This document shows, piece by piece, positions 36,843 to 47,208 of a stretch of DNA of 64,000 bases. The position numbers and the translations under genes are program-made. This DNA is from Promethearchaeota archaeon (GTDB lineage Archaea > Asgardarchaeota > Thorarchaeia > Thorarchaeales > Thorarchaeaceae), in assembly GCA_014728035.1 (NCBI GenBank), contig WJMJ01000101.1, positions 32,001-96,000 on the forward strand, written 5' to 3'. The notes under the pieces were generated by a model. It was not told where the DNA came from. It did no database searches and saw only the letters and a program-made list of their open reading frames with translations. The stretch's first letter is position 1, and each line of letters starts with the position of its first letter.

Positions 36843-37605
36843 TACCACCAAATATTAATTTAGACAAATAATGAGTTTCATCATCGAATTTGTCCATGAA
36901 CCACGAAAGGTTTTTATATAACTTCCATCGTTCAAGTACTTTGAGTTCTTGACCAGCTTTATTGCGACCATCAAAACTACTGCCCCGACCAAATTTGCTT
37001 ACGAAATTTAGACCATCATCATTCCATATGTCGCATAGATCGTTGCTTACTTTCTTTCTATAATTAATGTCTGATACCCACGAATTAAAATTTATTTTGT
37101 ATTTATTATTAAGATATTTGGTAATGTCTAGATATTCTTTAGCGTGGGTTTTCCATAAATCTATATAATTATGGCGGTGTTCTGGTATGCCACGACGTTC
37201 TCTGCTTGCAGCCAAATTGAATGGATCCCTAAGTATGATGATATTCTTCATAATGTTGGTTGGCCCTATAAACCTGTTTATGTTGTTGCTTATTTGTTTT
37301 ATGTGTGCGTCTTCATAATTTGTGAATAATCCATATTTTCTTGTCGATTTAAATCTTTTTGTGTCTCTGCGAGATTTTATAGCATTCACAAAATCTGGGT
37401 ATTGTCTGCCGTGTTCCCATATTGGTGTCTTATATGGATCACCCATTGCATTATTTATAAACAATACCTTTCTATGCATCTGTTTAGCAATCCACAATAT
37501 TATTGCATGTTGACCACCTCTCTTGAGTGAATAGAAAACATATCCATAATGTTGTCCACCATTATTGGTATCATGACCATATTTGTTGGTAATTAAATAT
37601 TTCAT
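36835..37605 (-). CDS. Sulfotransferase-like P-loop protein
   Basis: SLKRGGQHAIILW, IILRDPFNLAAS, GSSFDG, VLERW. Confidence 0.65.
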   Translation of the reverse strand: MKYLITNKYGHDTNNGGQHYGYVFYSLKRGGQHAIILWIAKQMHRKVLFINNAMGDPYKTPIWEHGRQYPDFVNAIKSRRDTKRFKSTRKYGLFTNYEDAHIKQISNNINRFIGPTNIMKNIIILRDPFNLAASRERRGIPEHRHNYIDLWKTHAKEYLDITKYLNNKYKINFNSWVSDINYRKKVSNDLCDIWNDDGLNFVSKFGRGSSFDGRNKAGQELKVLERWKLYKNLSWFMDKFDDETHYLSKLIFGGII

Positions 37606-37680
37606 AAAGTATGTTTGATATTATCATTCAAATATAATATCAAAGGATTCATTAACAACCTCGATCTCTAGGAGATAATT

Positions 37681-38157
37681 ATGCGCAAGGTGCTAACTGA
37701 GCAAGAAGACATTGAACAAGCAGTGGCCGTTGCCACAGAGCCAGAAACACCAGACATGCCCGATTTCGACGCCATTGCCAAAGACATGGATTATGAAATT
37801 GATGAACCAGAAGAGAAAGAGGATTTGATTTGTTTCAATCCTTCATCTCTCATTCGTGCGCTTGAGCATGCTAGGGAAGATTTTGAGGGTGAAGGTGGAG
37901 ACACTGAACTTCATGAATTTGCAGAGATGCTTATTGAACTCGCTGAGGAAAAAGGCGATGGTGAATGTATCTGCGTAGAGGATCTTGAAGATATGTTCGA
38001 AGAAAGTTCAGAGGAAGAAGCCGAAGAACTTGAAGCTGGCGAAGACATGGAAGAAGCAGAATTCGACGTTCTTGGCAACGAAGAAGAGGCCATGGAATCA
38101 GCGCAACATGATGACAATGTTATCACTGAGAAGACCGACAAAATCCAGTCAAAATAA
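37681..38157 (+). CDS. Highly acidic hypothetical protein
   Basis: AGGAG RBS, E/D-rich. Confidence 0.7.
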   Translation: MRKVLTEQEDIEQAVAVATEPETPDMPDFDAIAKDMDYEIDEPEEKEDLICFNPSSLIRALEHAREDFEGEGGDTELHEFAEMLIELAEEKGDGECICVEDLEDMFEESSEEEAEELEAGEDMEEAEFDVLGNEEEAMESAQHDDNVITEKTDKIQSK

Positions 38158-38187
38158 ATTGACTAGAGATAAATGATGCAAGATGTG

Positions 38188-38212
38188 AACCCCAGTCTTT
38201 ATGGCTGGGGTT
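38188..38212. terminator. Hairpin between convergent genes (probable terminator)
   Basis: AACCCCAG..CTGGGGTT stem. Confidence 0.6.
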
Positions 38213-38561
38213 CTTCGTATATACGCACGTCTTTGATGTCTATAATCCTAATGACATCTTCATCATCGAAGGGTGATATTATAATTGGTTTGATGGTGAG
38301 TTTGGAAATATCATAAGATTGGTCTATTAATTCTATATCCGCACACAATCGATTATCTTTGATATATAATTGATGCGTAACATGTGTGGCTGTACGATAT
38401 CGTTGAATATGATCCCTATTCAAATACCCACCAACACATGGACAACCAGCGTTAAATTTATCCATGGCTAACTTGGCATCATTTAGATTATATTTCCTGC
38501 CGCTTTCTGATATAATTAATGGTGGTTTTATATATAACTTAGCGTAGATTGTATGGTGCAT
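38199..38561 (-). CDS. Hypothetical protein
   Basis: AAAGGA RBS, 120 aa. Confidence 0.6.
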   Translation of the reverse strand: MHHTIYAKLYIKPPLIISESGRKYNLNDAKLAMDKFNAGCPCVGGYLNRDHIQRYRTATHVTHQLYIKDNRLCADIELIDQSYDISKLTIKPIIISPFDDEDVIRIIDIKDVRIYEEPQP

Positions 38562-38597
38562 ATTAATCCTTTCTTATATTACATATCGTTAGAGTAA

Positions 38598-39785
38598 ATG
38601 CACAGAGAACCATTAGCATATAGACTCAGACCCAAAACCATTGATGGGTTCATAGGGCAGGACCACATCGTGGGTGAAGGCACTTTATTAAGACAGATGA
38701 TAGAGAGTGACAGTCTGCGTAGCGTGATATTTTATGGTCCAGCAGGTACTGGTAAGACAACACTTGCTGAGATCATAGCGAATCATACAAATTCTCACTT
38801 TGTGAGACTTAATGCGACAGCTGCTGGTATCAAAGACGTGCGCAATGCAATTCGCCAAGCTAATATTGAGTACGATTTAAATGAAAAACGTACAACGCTG
38901 TTTATTGATGAGGTACACAGGTTTTCTAAAAACGTGCAGGATGCGTTATTGCCCTCTGTTGAAGATGGTACAGTTACAATCGTCGCTGGTACTACTGAGA
39001 ATCCGTTTTTCTCAGTGATAGGGCCACTAATCTCACGTAGTCATATCTTCCAATTTGAATCATTAACAGAGAAGGATCTATACAAAGTATTACTTGGTGG
39101 TATAAATCACTACAAGCAACAAAATCGCAATATAAGCATTGATGAGGACGCCGCCAAATATCTAGCTGTCAAATCAGACGGCGATGCAAGAAAAATACTC
39201 CAATCGTTAGAATTAGCTGTAGAATCATTTGGGTCCGACCATATCGACATCAATTTGTGCAAACAAGTAGTACCCACAAAGTCGGTGTTTTTCGATAAAA
39301 CTGGTAGTGCCAAGTATGATCTCGCTTCATGCTTGCAGGGGTCTATACAAGCAAGCGACCCCGATGCCGCCATTTATTGGTTGGCTAGGTCGTTGGAATC
39401 TGGGGAAGATATTATTTATATAGCCAGGAGGTTGCTTGTATCTGCGGCTGAGGATGTTGGTGTTGGTAACCCAATAGCGATACCATTAGCTCATAGCGTT
39501 CTGGAATCATGCAAGATTGTTGGTAGGCCAGAATGTGACTTGCATCTTGCCACTCTGGTGGTATTCCTAGCATCTAGTAAACGCAATAAATCTGCTGCTA
39601 TGGCAATTTGGGAAGCTCTTGGCGATGTAAGGAATGATTTTTCCGTTGTCATTCCTCCAGCAATGAAGGATTGTCATTATAAGGGCGCGGAACAACTTGG
39701 ACACGGTGCGTATCATGATGGATCTAATCAAGACGCATATGTAGGCATAAGCAAGAGATATTTCAAGCCTGAAAATTGGACCTGA
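38598..39785 (+). CDS. rarA: Replication-associated recombination AAA+ ATPase RarA/MgsA
   Basis: PLAYRLRP..GQ, GPAGTGKTT, LFIDEVHRF, TTENPFF, SDPDAAIYWL, AEDVG. Confidence 0.95.
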   Translation: MHREPLAYRLRPKTIDGFIGQDHIVGEGTLLRQMIESDSLRSVIFYGPAGTGKTTLAEIIANHTNSHFVRLNATAAGIKDVRNAIRQANIEYDLNEKRTTLFIDEVHRFSKNVQDALLPSVEDGTVTIVAGTTENPFFSVIGPLISRSHIFQFESLTEKDLYKVLLGGINHYKQQNRNISIDEDAAKYLAVKSDGDARKILQSLELAVESFGSDHIDINLCKQVVPTKSVFFDKTGSAKYDLASCLQGSIQASDPDAAIYWLARSLESGEDIIYIARRLLVSAAEDVGVGNPIAIPLAHSVLESCKIVGRPECDLHLATLVVFLASSKRNKSAAMAIWEALGDVRNDFSVVIPPAMKDCHYKGAEQLGHGAYHDGSNQDAYVGISKRYFKPENWT

Positions 39786-40044
39786 TATAATTCTTTAGGT
39801 CATCATTCCTTTCGATATCACAAACCACACACAAATACTTATACTTGCCGGATGATGTTTCGTAGCATTCATCCATCCATTCCTCTATGTGTTCACTCCG
39901 CTTCATATCAAATCTTCGGGCAATATCATCCGGGTACGCATTAACCTTAACTATGGGTCTGCCCACACTCCCACCACCCCACACAAAGTCATAGAACTTG
40001 GGATCATTACTCCATACTAACGACATTTTCATTCTATTCTCCAA
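39763..40044 (-). CDS. Hypothetical protein
   Basis: 93-aa ORF. Confidence 0.5.
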   Translation of the reverse strand: MENRMKMSLVWSNDPKFYDFVWGGGSVGRPIVKVNAYPDDIARRFDMKRSEHIEEWMDECYETSSGKYKYLCVVCDIERNDDLKNYIRSNFQA

Positions 40045-40252
40045 ACGGTATGTGGGCCATATCGATGTCTACCCAATGCCAGTATTCTGCAAAACAAGAT
40101 CGACAGCGTCTTGCTAATTGTATCTTACCATTGTTTTTTGTACCAAGTCCAATTGGTTTTGTCAACCCCTTACATGATGGGCATAGAACAGAATCATGTT
40201 CTATCCCATTCACTGCGATCTGAAGAATTTTAATAATATAGTTGTTAATCAT
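40034..40252 (-). CDS. Small zinc-ribbon protein
   Basis: CPSC..CRSC. Confidence 0.55.
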   Translation of the reverse strand: MINNYIIKILQIAVNGIEHDSVLCPSCKGLTKPIGLGTKNNGKIQLARRCRSCFAEYWHWVDIDMAHIPFGE

Positions 40253-40319
40253 ATGTGGTCAAATACAATAGTTATATGCCCACAGCAAAGTTAAATAAAA
40301 TATAAATAAGAGAATATAG

Positions 40320-42014
40320 ATGTTTCCAAGAAAACCATATGATGGCCAGCAAATTATTGATACACGAGGAATGCTGCACGAGTTTGATGCAGAAATAGAT
40401 GCGTGGGTTGTAAAGGGATATGTAGATGTCTACAGTGATGTTACGGAACTAGATGACGGCCTCGTCCCGCCATCGCTGAATAATTTCATTAAGTCTATAG
40501 ACAATGCTGATTTTAATAGTGTAAAAATAGGTCACAGTGATGCGTATTTTTGTTTATTTTATTCTGATGATCATTCTATTGCATTTAGAATTGAACATAA
40601 TCCCAACAAGAATCTACGCATTGAATTAGGCAGTAAGGCAATCGTGCGTAAATTTTTACGCACTGCATGTGTTGGGCCACGTGGTGAAAAAGGAATGGTC
40701 GGGGATGACGGAGATGATGGTGACCCAGCAGATAATGAACCGATATATAATATAGCACCATCTGATGGGATTTTTACCGTTGATAACACCGCAGTATCAT
40801 ATCCTATAGATACTCCGGTTTCTCTTCGCCTTTATAAAGATAATAATTTAATTGCTGATATACGAGTGACGCTTGATGACCAGGCGTCATTATATTTTGT
40901 ACATGATGGTTATAATGTAACAAATTATGATATCAAACTTGGTAACAATAAAATATCTGGTGTTATTAATCTTGATGGAGATTTGTCTGGTGAATGGGAT
41001 TATAGGGTTAGACAAGTAGGTCCTGACGGAGATCCTGGTCAGGATGGATCATCATTCCTGGAGATCCGACAGTCTGTTTTATCTGATCCAGATTTAGTTA
41101 GCAGAAGTGCTGTAGCTCATATATTTAAAGTTATAAATAATATTGCGCAGACAGCTATTGATTTTTCATCTACTACTTGTGTGTCAAGATTAACATCAAG
41201 TGGATCTTGGCGTTTTAGTCTTGATAACTCATCATTACTATCATGCAAGATATCGACGCAGGAGTGTAAGGATTTATGGTCATATAACTATGAGCATGAG
41301 GACATTAATTCTAGTGCGCTGGAAATGCCAACATGGGTGCCTAGTAGTAACTGCCCCAATTATAGAAGACATGATCAATTCAAATTTGAATGGACTGATC
41401 AGGCTACGTCAACTGTACCATATGATTTTATAAATGAACCGAGACCTGATGAACAGTGTTGTCAGGAAGACTTCTTCTTGTGTCCTAATCTTGGTGATGC
41501 GTGTCCTCCGGATGTGTCAATAGATCCACCATTACCACCATTTTTGCCACCTCTGCCTAGTCCTAGCTCATCCTCATCTAGTTCTGCAGTATCTTCATCT
41601 AGTTCATCTTCATCTAGTTCATCTTCATCTAGTTCATCATCTTCATCTAGCTCGTCTAGCTCATCTTCTATCTCATCATCTTCAAGCTCATCATTTTCGT
41701 CTTCAAGTTCATCGTCTAGCTCGTCTAGTTCCAATTACTCATCGAGTAGTTCTAGCTCCTCATTACTGCCATCTAGCTCGTCATTATCGTCATCTAGCAG
41801 TTCATCAAGTGGTTATTCGCCGCCAAATTGTGGATTTTGCATTATGTCTAGTGGTACTGATTGTGACGATTGTTATAATAATTTTCTTGCTGAATGGGGT
41901 GATATAAGTTCAGTATGTGGATCTGGGTGTTCACCCAATTACGACTGCATATTCTATTCAGGCATAGGCACATATTTGTGTGGATGTGTTGTAATTGATA
42001 GTTTGTGCCCGTAG
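40320..42014 (+). CDS. Tail/baseplate-region structural protein with short collagen segments, poly-Ser linker and Cys-rich tip
   Basis: Paralogous N-terminus with 52332 and 53873; GPRGEKG; about 80-aa Ser tract. Confidence 0.7.
   Translation: MFPRKPYDGQQIIDTRGMLHEFDAEIDAWVVKGYVDVYSDVTELDDGLVPPSLNNFIKSIDNADFNSVKIGHSDAYFCLFYSDDHSIAFRIEHNPNKNLRIELGSKAIVRKFLRTACVGPRGEKGMVGDDGDDGDPADNEPIYNIAPSDGIFTVDNTAVSYPIDTPVSLRLYKDNNLIADIRVTLDDQASLYFVHDGYNVTNYDIKLGNNKISGVINLDGDLSGEWDYRVRQVGPDGDPGQDGSSFLEIRQSVLSDPDLVSRSAVAHIFKVINNIAQTAIDFSSTTCVSRLTSSGSWRFSLDNSSLLSCKISTQECKDLWSYNYEHEDINSSALEMPTWVPSSNCPNYRRHDQFKFEWTDQATSTVPYDFINEPRPDEQCCQEDFFLCPNLGDACPPDVSIDPPLPPFLPPLPSPSSSSSSSAVSSSSSSSSSSSSSSSSSSSSSSSSSSISSSSSSSFSSSSSSSSSSSSNYSSSSSSSSLLPSSSSLSSSSSSSSGYSPPNCGFCIMSSGTDCDDCYNNFLAEWGDISSVCGSGCSPNYDCIFYSGIGTYLCGCVVIDSLCP
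41565..41810 (+). repeat. Poly-serine coding tract
   Basis: Mixed TCN/AGY codons with TCTAGTTCATCTTCA-type sub-repeats. Confidence 0.95.
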
Positions 42015-42070
42015 AATTAGAATGTAGTTGTCACAAATATACATATGGATTAGATTGATGATGATAAATT

Positions 42071-45000
42071 ATGGCACGTAGCGCACAACCATATTTTTAT
42101 AGATACCCGCACCAGAACAATCGTACTGGTTGGCAACCTGTATGGGTGGGTACGGTACTAATAGCACCATGGCGTAGGGATAAGTTTGGCAATAGTATTT
42201 CTGGTTCGGGTATTATTGAGCTTACATTTGGCATAGAACAAATTGCTGGAGCCAGGGTTGCTGGTCATGACCACATTGGCGTTTTCAAACCAGATTTTAA
42301 TTTATTAAATATTACCATCAGTCCAGTTGAACTAGAAGAATCATATATTGATCTGGACACAGTGTCATTTTATACGGCAGATGGTACACCAATTGACAGA
42401 TCAGAAGCTGATGAAGGTGATTATTTCGAACTTGTTATTGCACGCGGTGTTGTAGATAGAGTACCATATTTACCAGATGCGGACTATTATGACTTATCAT
42501 CGTATCAATTAGAAGTTGAAAATTTAGAGCACGATAGATATAATTTTGTATGGCAGGCTCAATATCATCCGAGAGTCGTCGATAGTAATGATGATTTTCT
42601 GTGTATCAATGTAGATCATGTGTCTCTGGCTCGTTTGGAATCCATTCTTGCACATCCTGGCGAAGTTCATGCCGAAATGGTGAGTAAGACTCCGCCGTTT
42701 TATTTCGAGTCAGAGGACAGGTCCAGCGACCCATTAATTCAATTATATAGACCGTTTGCTGATGCACTTCAGGACATCTTTGATGAGCAGACATTGCTGC
42801 GCGGTCTTAACTGGGTTGATAACATTCCAGGCCAGTTAATACCATATCTAGCTTATTTAATTGGCATTGACTTACCCTATTTCCAGACAGCAGATGATAA
42901 AATTCGTAGATCTATAGTTAGACGTGGTACATATCTTCAGAAGCTAAAGGGTTCCCGGCGTGCCATAATCGAATTGTTCAGAATATTTGGATTTACCATA
43001 GATCTTATTAATTTATGGTCTTCTCAAGATGGTAGTAGATTTATTGCACCAAATGAAAATATCAATGACTCCTCACAGCAAATAACCACAGAAGATATAT
43101 GCCAAGTTGACCCCATACTTGTTGGATATACAGATGAGGGGTTCGGGCAATTAGACATACCATTATTATATAGAAATAATAATGATGCTATAACAGTGGA
43201 CATATGGTTGGTAAGAAATGATTCCAACCTTAAAACATCTCTTGATGATGCGTTGGAATCCATTAATACTGATCCTGAGGCATTTGCTGACGATGTTTGT
43301 GTGCGTGATGCATCAGGTGCCATCATACCACGTAAGCTGCTTGAAGTAGTTCGTAATAAATCCGGATCAATAGGATATAGTCATTTATATTTATCAGACA
43401 ACGTTGTACAATCTGAATATCATACCGGATTGGCCCCATTAACTAATAATAGTATTACATATGATCAAGATACCAATGTCATGAATTTGACGTTTGGCAG
43501 GTATCAGGAATTTGATGGATATTCTGCATATGCATTTGTGTCTTATGAACACACCAAGATAAGCATCCCAATATCATTACAAAATTTGCAGTCCAATAGA
43601 TTCGACATAAATATTATTTCTCGTAGTGGCGTAGACATAGATTCTAATTTATATGAATATCTTCTCGACTTATTATTTAATTTTAAAGCATTCCATTCAC
43701 TGCTGCGCAAGATTAGTTACGTTGTCGATATACTTGATGTATACAATGTCACTGATTATTGTGTTGGTGGTGCTAGTCAGGACGATCCGCGTTTTGATGC
43801 TGGTAATTTGCAAATACCTCCTGCCATACTTCCCACAGATGAAACAGATATTGATTGTGATGATGATATTAGAGATCGAGGGTTTAAGGAAGATGATCTA
43901 ACATTACGTCAAAAAATCATCACATCCTTGCGTAACGAATATGAGGCATGGCAGTTTCTTATCAACACACATAAGATAACTTCTCAAGATAGGAATGATC
44001 TTAGTAAAGTCTCAGATCTTAGCGCGGCCAATGTAGATCCAGATGATGATGGATATAACGAAGAAGGCCAAAATAGGGTCAAGTTTGAATCTGATTTTGA
44101 TCCAGATCATGGCCCAGACAATAGAGAGATTGTAAGAGATGTAGATAATCCACCAACAGATCATTGCTATAAGGGTAGAGTCGAGCAGAATCTGGTGGTT
44201 GAGCGTGTCATACCTCTTGTAGAACAGGTAAGATGTAAACCATGTACCTTAATGCCAGGTCGTGGTGTTTATTATACCCACAATATTAGTAATCCCACAC
44301 CACAGGAATTTGGTTTTCTTGGTGGTTTGCAAAGTCGATATGGCAATTCCAACCTACAGTTTGATACGCGTCATTTTGTTGACACATTTGATGCACGCCC
44401 AGCATACTTTAGACCAAGTCTTGATATCCAGAAAGATACATCACATTTTCCCGGACATCGGTTTATATGCGGTAATCGACTTCTCACTGATTTTGTGCAT
44501 CCAGAATGGCGTGCTCATCCATGGGATTATAACGAGCCATGCGATTGCGACGATAGTGAATTTAATCCGCTTAATGCCTATTTGACAGAGGGAACTGATG
44601 GAGATGAATGGTTAATATTTGATGATATTGCTCAGTCGTGGGAAGGCAATGGACTTGAACCTGACCTTGCCTCATTAGGTGATCAAACTACTGATTATAG
44701 TTTTACCCATGAATTATATACTACTCAACCTGAATCACACCCCTCTATAACCCTAGATAGAGTAACTTTTACGGATGATGAGTCAATATATAGTGATGGT
44801 GAAGCTATATATGACTCCGCTTCTGAATGTGCTAGTTTTGGTGATTTTAGAGATGGTTATCCATCCGAGAGTGATAATTATACCATAAGTGCATATGAAT
44901 TTGTGGTTAAGGTGGGTCCTCACGCTGATTTGTTTGAGGCTATGGGAATACCAGGAGTATATCTTGGATCATCAAGCTCATCGTCTAGTAGCTCATCATC

Positions 45001-45868
45001 TAGTAGTTTGAGCCTGAGTTCATCAAGTAGCTCATCTAATCTCTCATCAAGTAGTTCGAGTAGCTTATCGTCATCAAGTTCAAGTAGTTTAAGCTCATCA
45101 TCAAGTAAATCAAGCAGTTTTTCATCATCGAGTTCAAGTAGTCTATGTGATTTTACAGGCGGCATTGATAGCAACACGGTGCTGATGCTGCATGCGGACG
45201 GCACTGATGGGTCGACTTCGTTCCCAGATGATTCTGATTCTAACCACACTGTTACTGCAAATGGCGACGCTCAGGTTGACACAGCAGTTAAGGTATTTGG
45301 AACCGGCTCCGCCCAATTTGATGGCACTGGAGATTATCTGTCAGTACCCAATTCTAATGATTGGGATTTTGGTTCAGACGATTTCACGATTGATGGTTGG
45401 ATTTACCCAACAGGCCCATCTAGTAATTTTGAGACTCCGCTTTGCATTGACAAGAACGCACAGCACCAAGCGTACAGATACCTTATTGATATTTACATCA
45501 ATTCAAGCGACATCTTCCGGGTGAATGTGTCGGACGGGGCGTCAACGTATGTGGCGAGCGCGACCACAGATGTCCGTGGCGCTTGGCACCACTTCGCGGC
45601 TGTCCGAGACGGCAACACCCTCCGGTGGTTTATCGATGGCGTGCAGGAGGACACAGTTGATGTTACCGGTGTAACGGTGAATTTTGATTCTTCAATGGTA
45701 GTCAATATCGGCGCTCGTACAGACGCTGCAGAACCATTCCAGGGTTATCTTGATGAAATTCGAATTTCCAAGGGCGTGGCTCGTTGGACCAGTAATTTCA
45801 CTCCACCATGTGGACCATATACCGCAGTTGAGAGTTCATCATCAAGCAGTTCGAGTAGCTTATCTTGA
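42071..45868 (+). CDS. Baseplate wedge/tail protein (P2 gpI-like domain) ending in poly-Ser-LamG-poly-Ser
   Basis: LIPYLAYLIG..LKGSRRAIIELFRIFG; LamG motifs FDGTGDYL, DFTIDGWI, WHHFAAVR, GYLDEIRISKG. Confidence 0.8.
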   Translation: MARSAQPYFYRYPHQNNRTGWQPVWVGTVLIAPWRRDKFGNSISGSGIIELTFGIEQIAGARVAGHDHIGVFKPDFNLLNITISPVELEESYIDLDTVSFYTADGTPIDRSEADEGDYFELVIARGVVDRVPYLPDADYYDLSSYQLEVENLEHDRYNFVWQAQYHPRVVDSNDDFLCINVDHVSLARLESILAHPGEVHAEMVSKTPPFYFESEDRSSDPLIQLYRPFADALQDIFDEQTLLRGLNWVDNIPGQLIPYLAYLIGIDLPYFQTADDKIRRSIVRRGTYLQKLKGSRRAIIELFRIFGFTIDLINLWSSQDGSRFIAPNENINDSSQQITTEDICQVDPILVGYTDEGFGQLDIPLLYRNNNDAITVDIWLVRNDSNLKTSLDDALESINTDPEAFADDVCVRDASGAIIPRKLLEVVRNKSGSIGYSHLYLSDNVVQSEYHTGLAPLTNNSITYDQDTNVMNLTFGRYQEFDGYSAYAFVSYEHTKISIPISLQNLQSNRFDINIISRSGVDIDSNLYEYLLDLLFNFKAFHSLLRKISYVVDILDVYNVTDYCVGGASQDDPRFDAGNLQIPPAILPTDETDIDCDDDIRDRGFKEDDLTLRQKIITSLRNEYEAWQFLINTHKITSQDRNDLSKVSDLSAANVDPDDDGYNEEGQNRVKFESDFDPDHGPDNREIVRDVDNPPTDHCYKGRVEQNLVVERVIPLVEQVRCKPCTLMPGRGVYYTHNISNPTPQEFGFLGGLQSRYGNSNLQFDTRHFVDTFDARPAYFRPSLDIQKDTSHFPGHRFICGNRLLTDFVHPEWRAHPWDYNEPCDCDDSEFNPLNAYLTEGTDGDEWLIFDDIAQSWEGNGLEPDLASLGDQTTDYSFTHELYTTQPESHPSITLDRVTFTDDESIYSDGEAIYDSASECASFGDFRDGYPSESDNYTISAYEFVVKVGPHADLFEAMGIPGVYLGSSSSSSSSSSSSSLSLSSSSSSSNLSSSSSSSLSSSSSSSLSSSSSKSSSFSSSSSSSLCDFTGGIDSNTVLMLHADGTDGSTSFPDDSDSNHTVTANGDAQVDTAVKVFGTGSAQFDGTGDYLSVPNSNDWDFGSDDFTIDGWIYPTGPSSNFETPLCIDKNAQHQAYRYLIDIYINSSDIFRVNVSDGASTYVASATTDVRGAWHHFAAVRDGNTLRWFIDGVQEDTVDVTGVTVNFDSSMVVNIGARTDAAEPFQGYLDEIRISKGVARWTSNFTPPCGPYTAVESSSSSSSSSLS
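44969..45142 (+). repeat. Poly-serine coding tract preceding the LamG module
   Basis: About 58 codons, mostly Ser. Confidence 0.95.
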
Positions 45869-47184
45869 ATGGTAGTGATGAATACCTCAGCAAGACACCA
45901 ACAGCTGGTAATAGAACCACATGGACTTATTCAATATGGGCATTAAGGGATACACTTAGTACATCACAATGCTTGCTTGCTGGCGGTACAAGTGGTAATG
46001 ATGATACAACTCTACACTTTAATTCAGATAAAATTCAAATCTATGATTATACCGGATCAATAAACTTTAATTTAAATAGCACCAGCACATATATTAGCGT
46101 GGACAGATGGTATCACTTCTTGTTTGTTTATGATAGCACACAGGCAACAAGTAGTGATCGTATTAAGATATATGTTGATGGTACACAAATAACTGCATTT
46201 GATACTGAAACTTATCCTTCACAGAATTATCAGAGTCGTATAAGTTCAAATAGTACCCATGCTATAGGGCGTAAGCATAATACTGGATCGGAATTTCTAG
46301 ATGGTAAAATAGCAGAAGTATATTTCATTGATGGTCAGGCAAAAGCACCAAGTGATTTTGGTTATGATAATGGTGGCACTTGGACGCCTAAGGCATATGC
46401 AGGCACATTTGGATCAGAGGGATTTTATCTAGATTTTGAAAATAGTAGTGATCTTGGTGCTGATGTTAGTGGTAATAACAATGACTGGACTACCAACAAT
46501 ATTGATTCTTCCAATCAATCTACAGATGTGCCACCATCAATCATAGTTGATTTGATGAGTATTGATTTCAATACTACCACTAGAGGCGTGTATATATACG
46601 ATGAAGTGACAACAACAATTACTGATAGTTTTGCGCATCCAAATAATAATCCTAGCGGTGCCACTTATGATGGATCCAATCTTATCACATGTGGAGAGGC
46701 CGGATCCACAGACAGAATTTATATTCATAGTGGCATATCTAGCACAATAAGTGATAGTTTTGCATCGCCAGATGCATCACCAAATGGCTTGACTTATGAT
46801 GGAACAGATCTAATCAGTTCGAGTCGCGCTGCTGGCAATATATTTATACATGATGGTATAACATCCACTGTACAAAGTAGTTATAATGGTCCTGATCTAT
46901 ATCATTCTGGTTTGGCACATGATGGCACTAACCTCATTAGCACTGGATTTAATGGCGATAAGATATATATTCATTCTGGATTGAGTAGCACTATTACAGA
47001 TAGTTTTTCTACACCAGGTACCGTCCCATATGGTCTAACATATGATGGAAAACATTTGTTATCATGTGATTATGGTACAAATAGAATATATATGCACGAT
47101 GGAATTAGTTCCACCATAATTCATTCTTTTGCAACTCCGGGCAATGATGCTAGTGGCTTAGCAACTACTGGTAGCCCGTGGTAA
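45865..47184 (+). CDS. LamG domain + beta-propeller-like repeats (putative adhesin)
   Basis: NGSDEYL..WTYSIW..WYHF..GKIAEVYFIDG, then 4-5 repeats of GLTYDGxxLI..IYIHxGISSTIxDSF; TTG start overlaps the upstream TGA. Confidence 0.8.
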   Translation: MNGSDEYLSKTPTAGNRTTWTYSIWALRDTLSTSQCLLAGGTSGNDDTTLHFNSDKIQIYDYTGSINFNLNSTSTYISVDRWYHFLFVYDSTQATSSDRIKIYVDGTQITAFDTETYPSQNYQSRISSNSTHAIGRKHNTGSEFLDGKIAEVYFIDGQAKAPSDFGYDNGGTWTPKAYAGTFGSEGFYLDFENSSDLGADVSGNNNDWTTNNIDSSNQSTDVPPSIIVDLMSIDFNTTTRGVYIYDEVTTTITDSFAHPNNNPSGATYDGSNLITCGEAGSTDRIYIHSGISSTISDSFASPDASPNGLTYDGTDLISSSRAAGNIFIHDGITSTVQSSYNGPDLYHSGLAHDGTNLISTGFNGDKIYIHSGLSSTITDSFSTPGTVPYGLTYDGKHLLSCDYGTNRIYMHDGISSTIIHSFATPGNDASGLATTGSPW

Positions 47185-47208
47185 AATATACTCCAGAGGA
47201 AATTGATA

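Noticed and set aside
41462-41734. Minus-strand ELDEDE-rich ORFs (also 44920-45249) and Ser-rich antisense ORFs (334-672, 37911-38141, 60217-60675)
   Set aside because: They are shadows of low-complexity sense-strand coding tracts with no independent evidence
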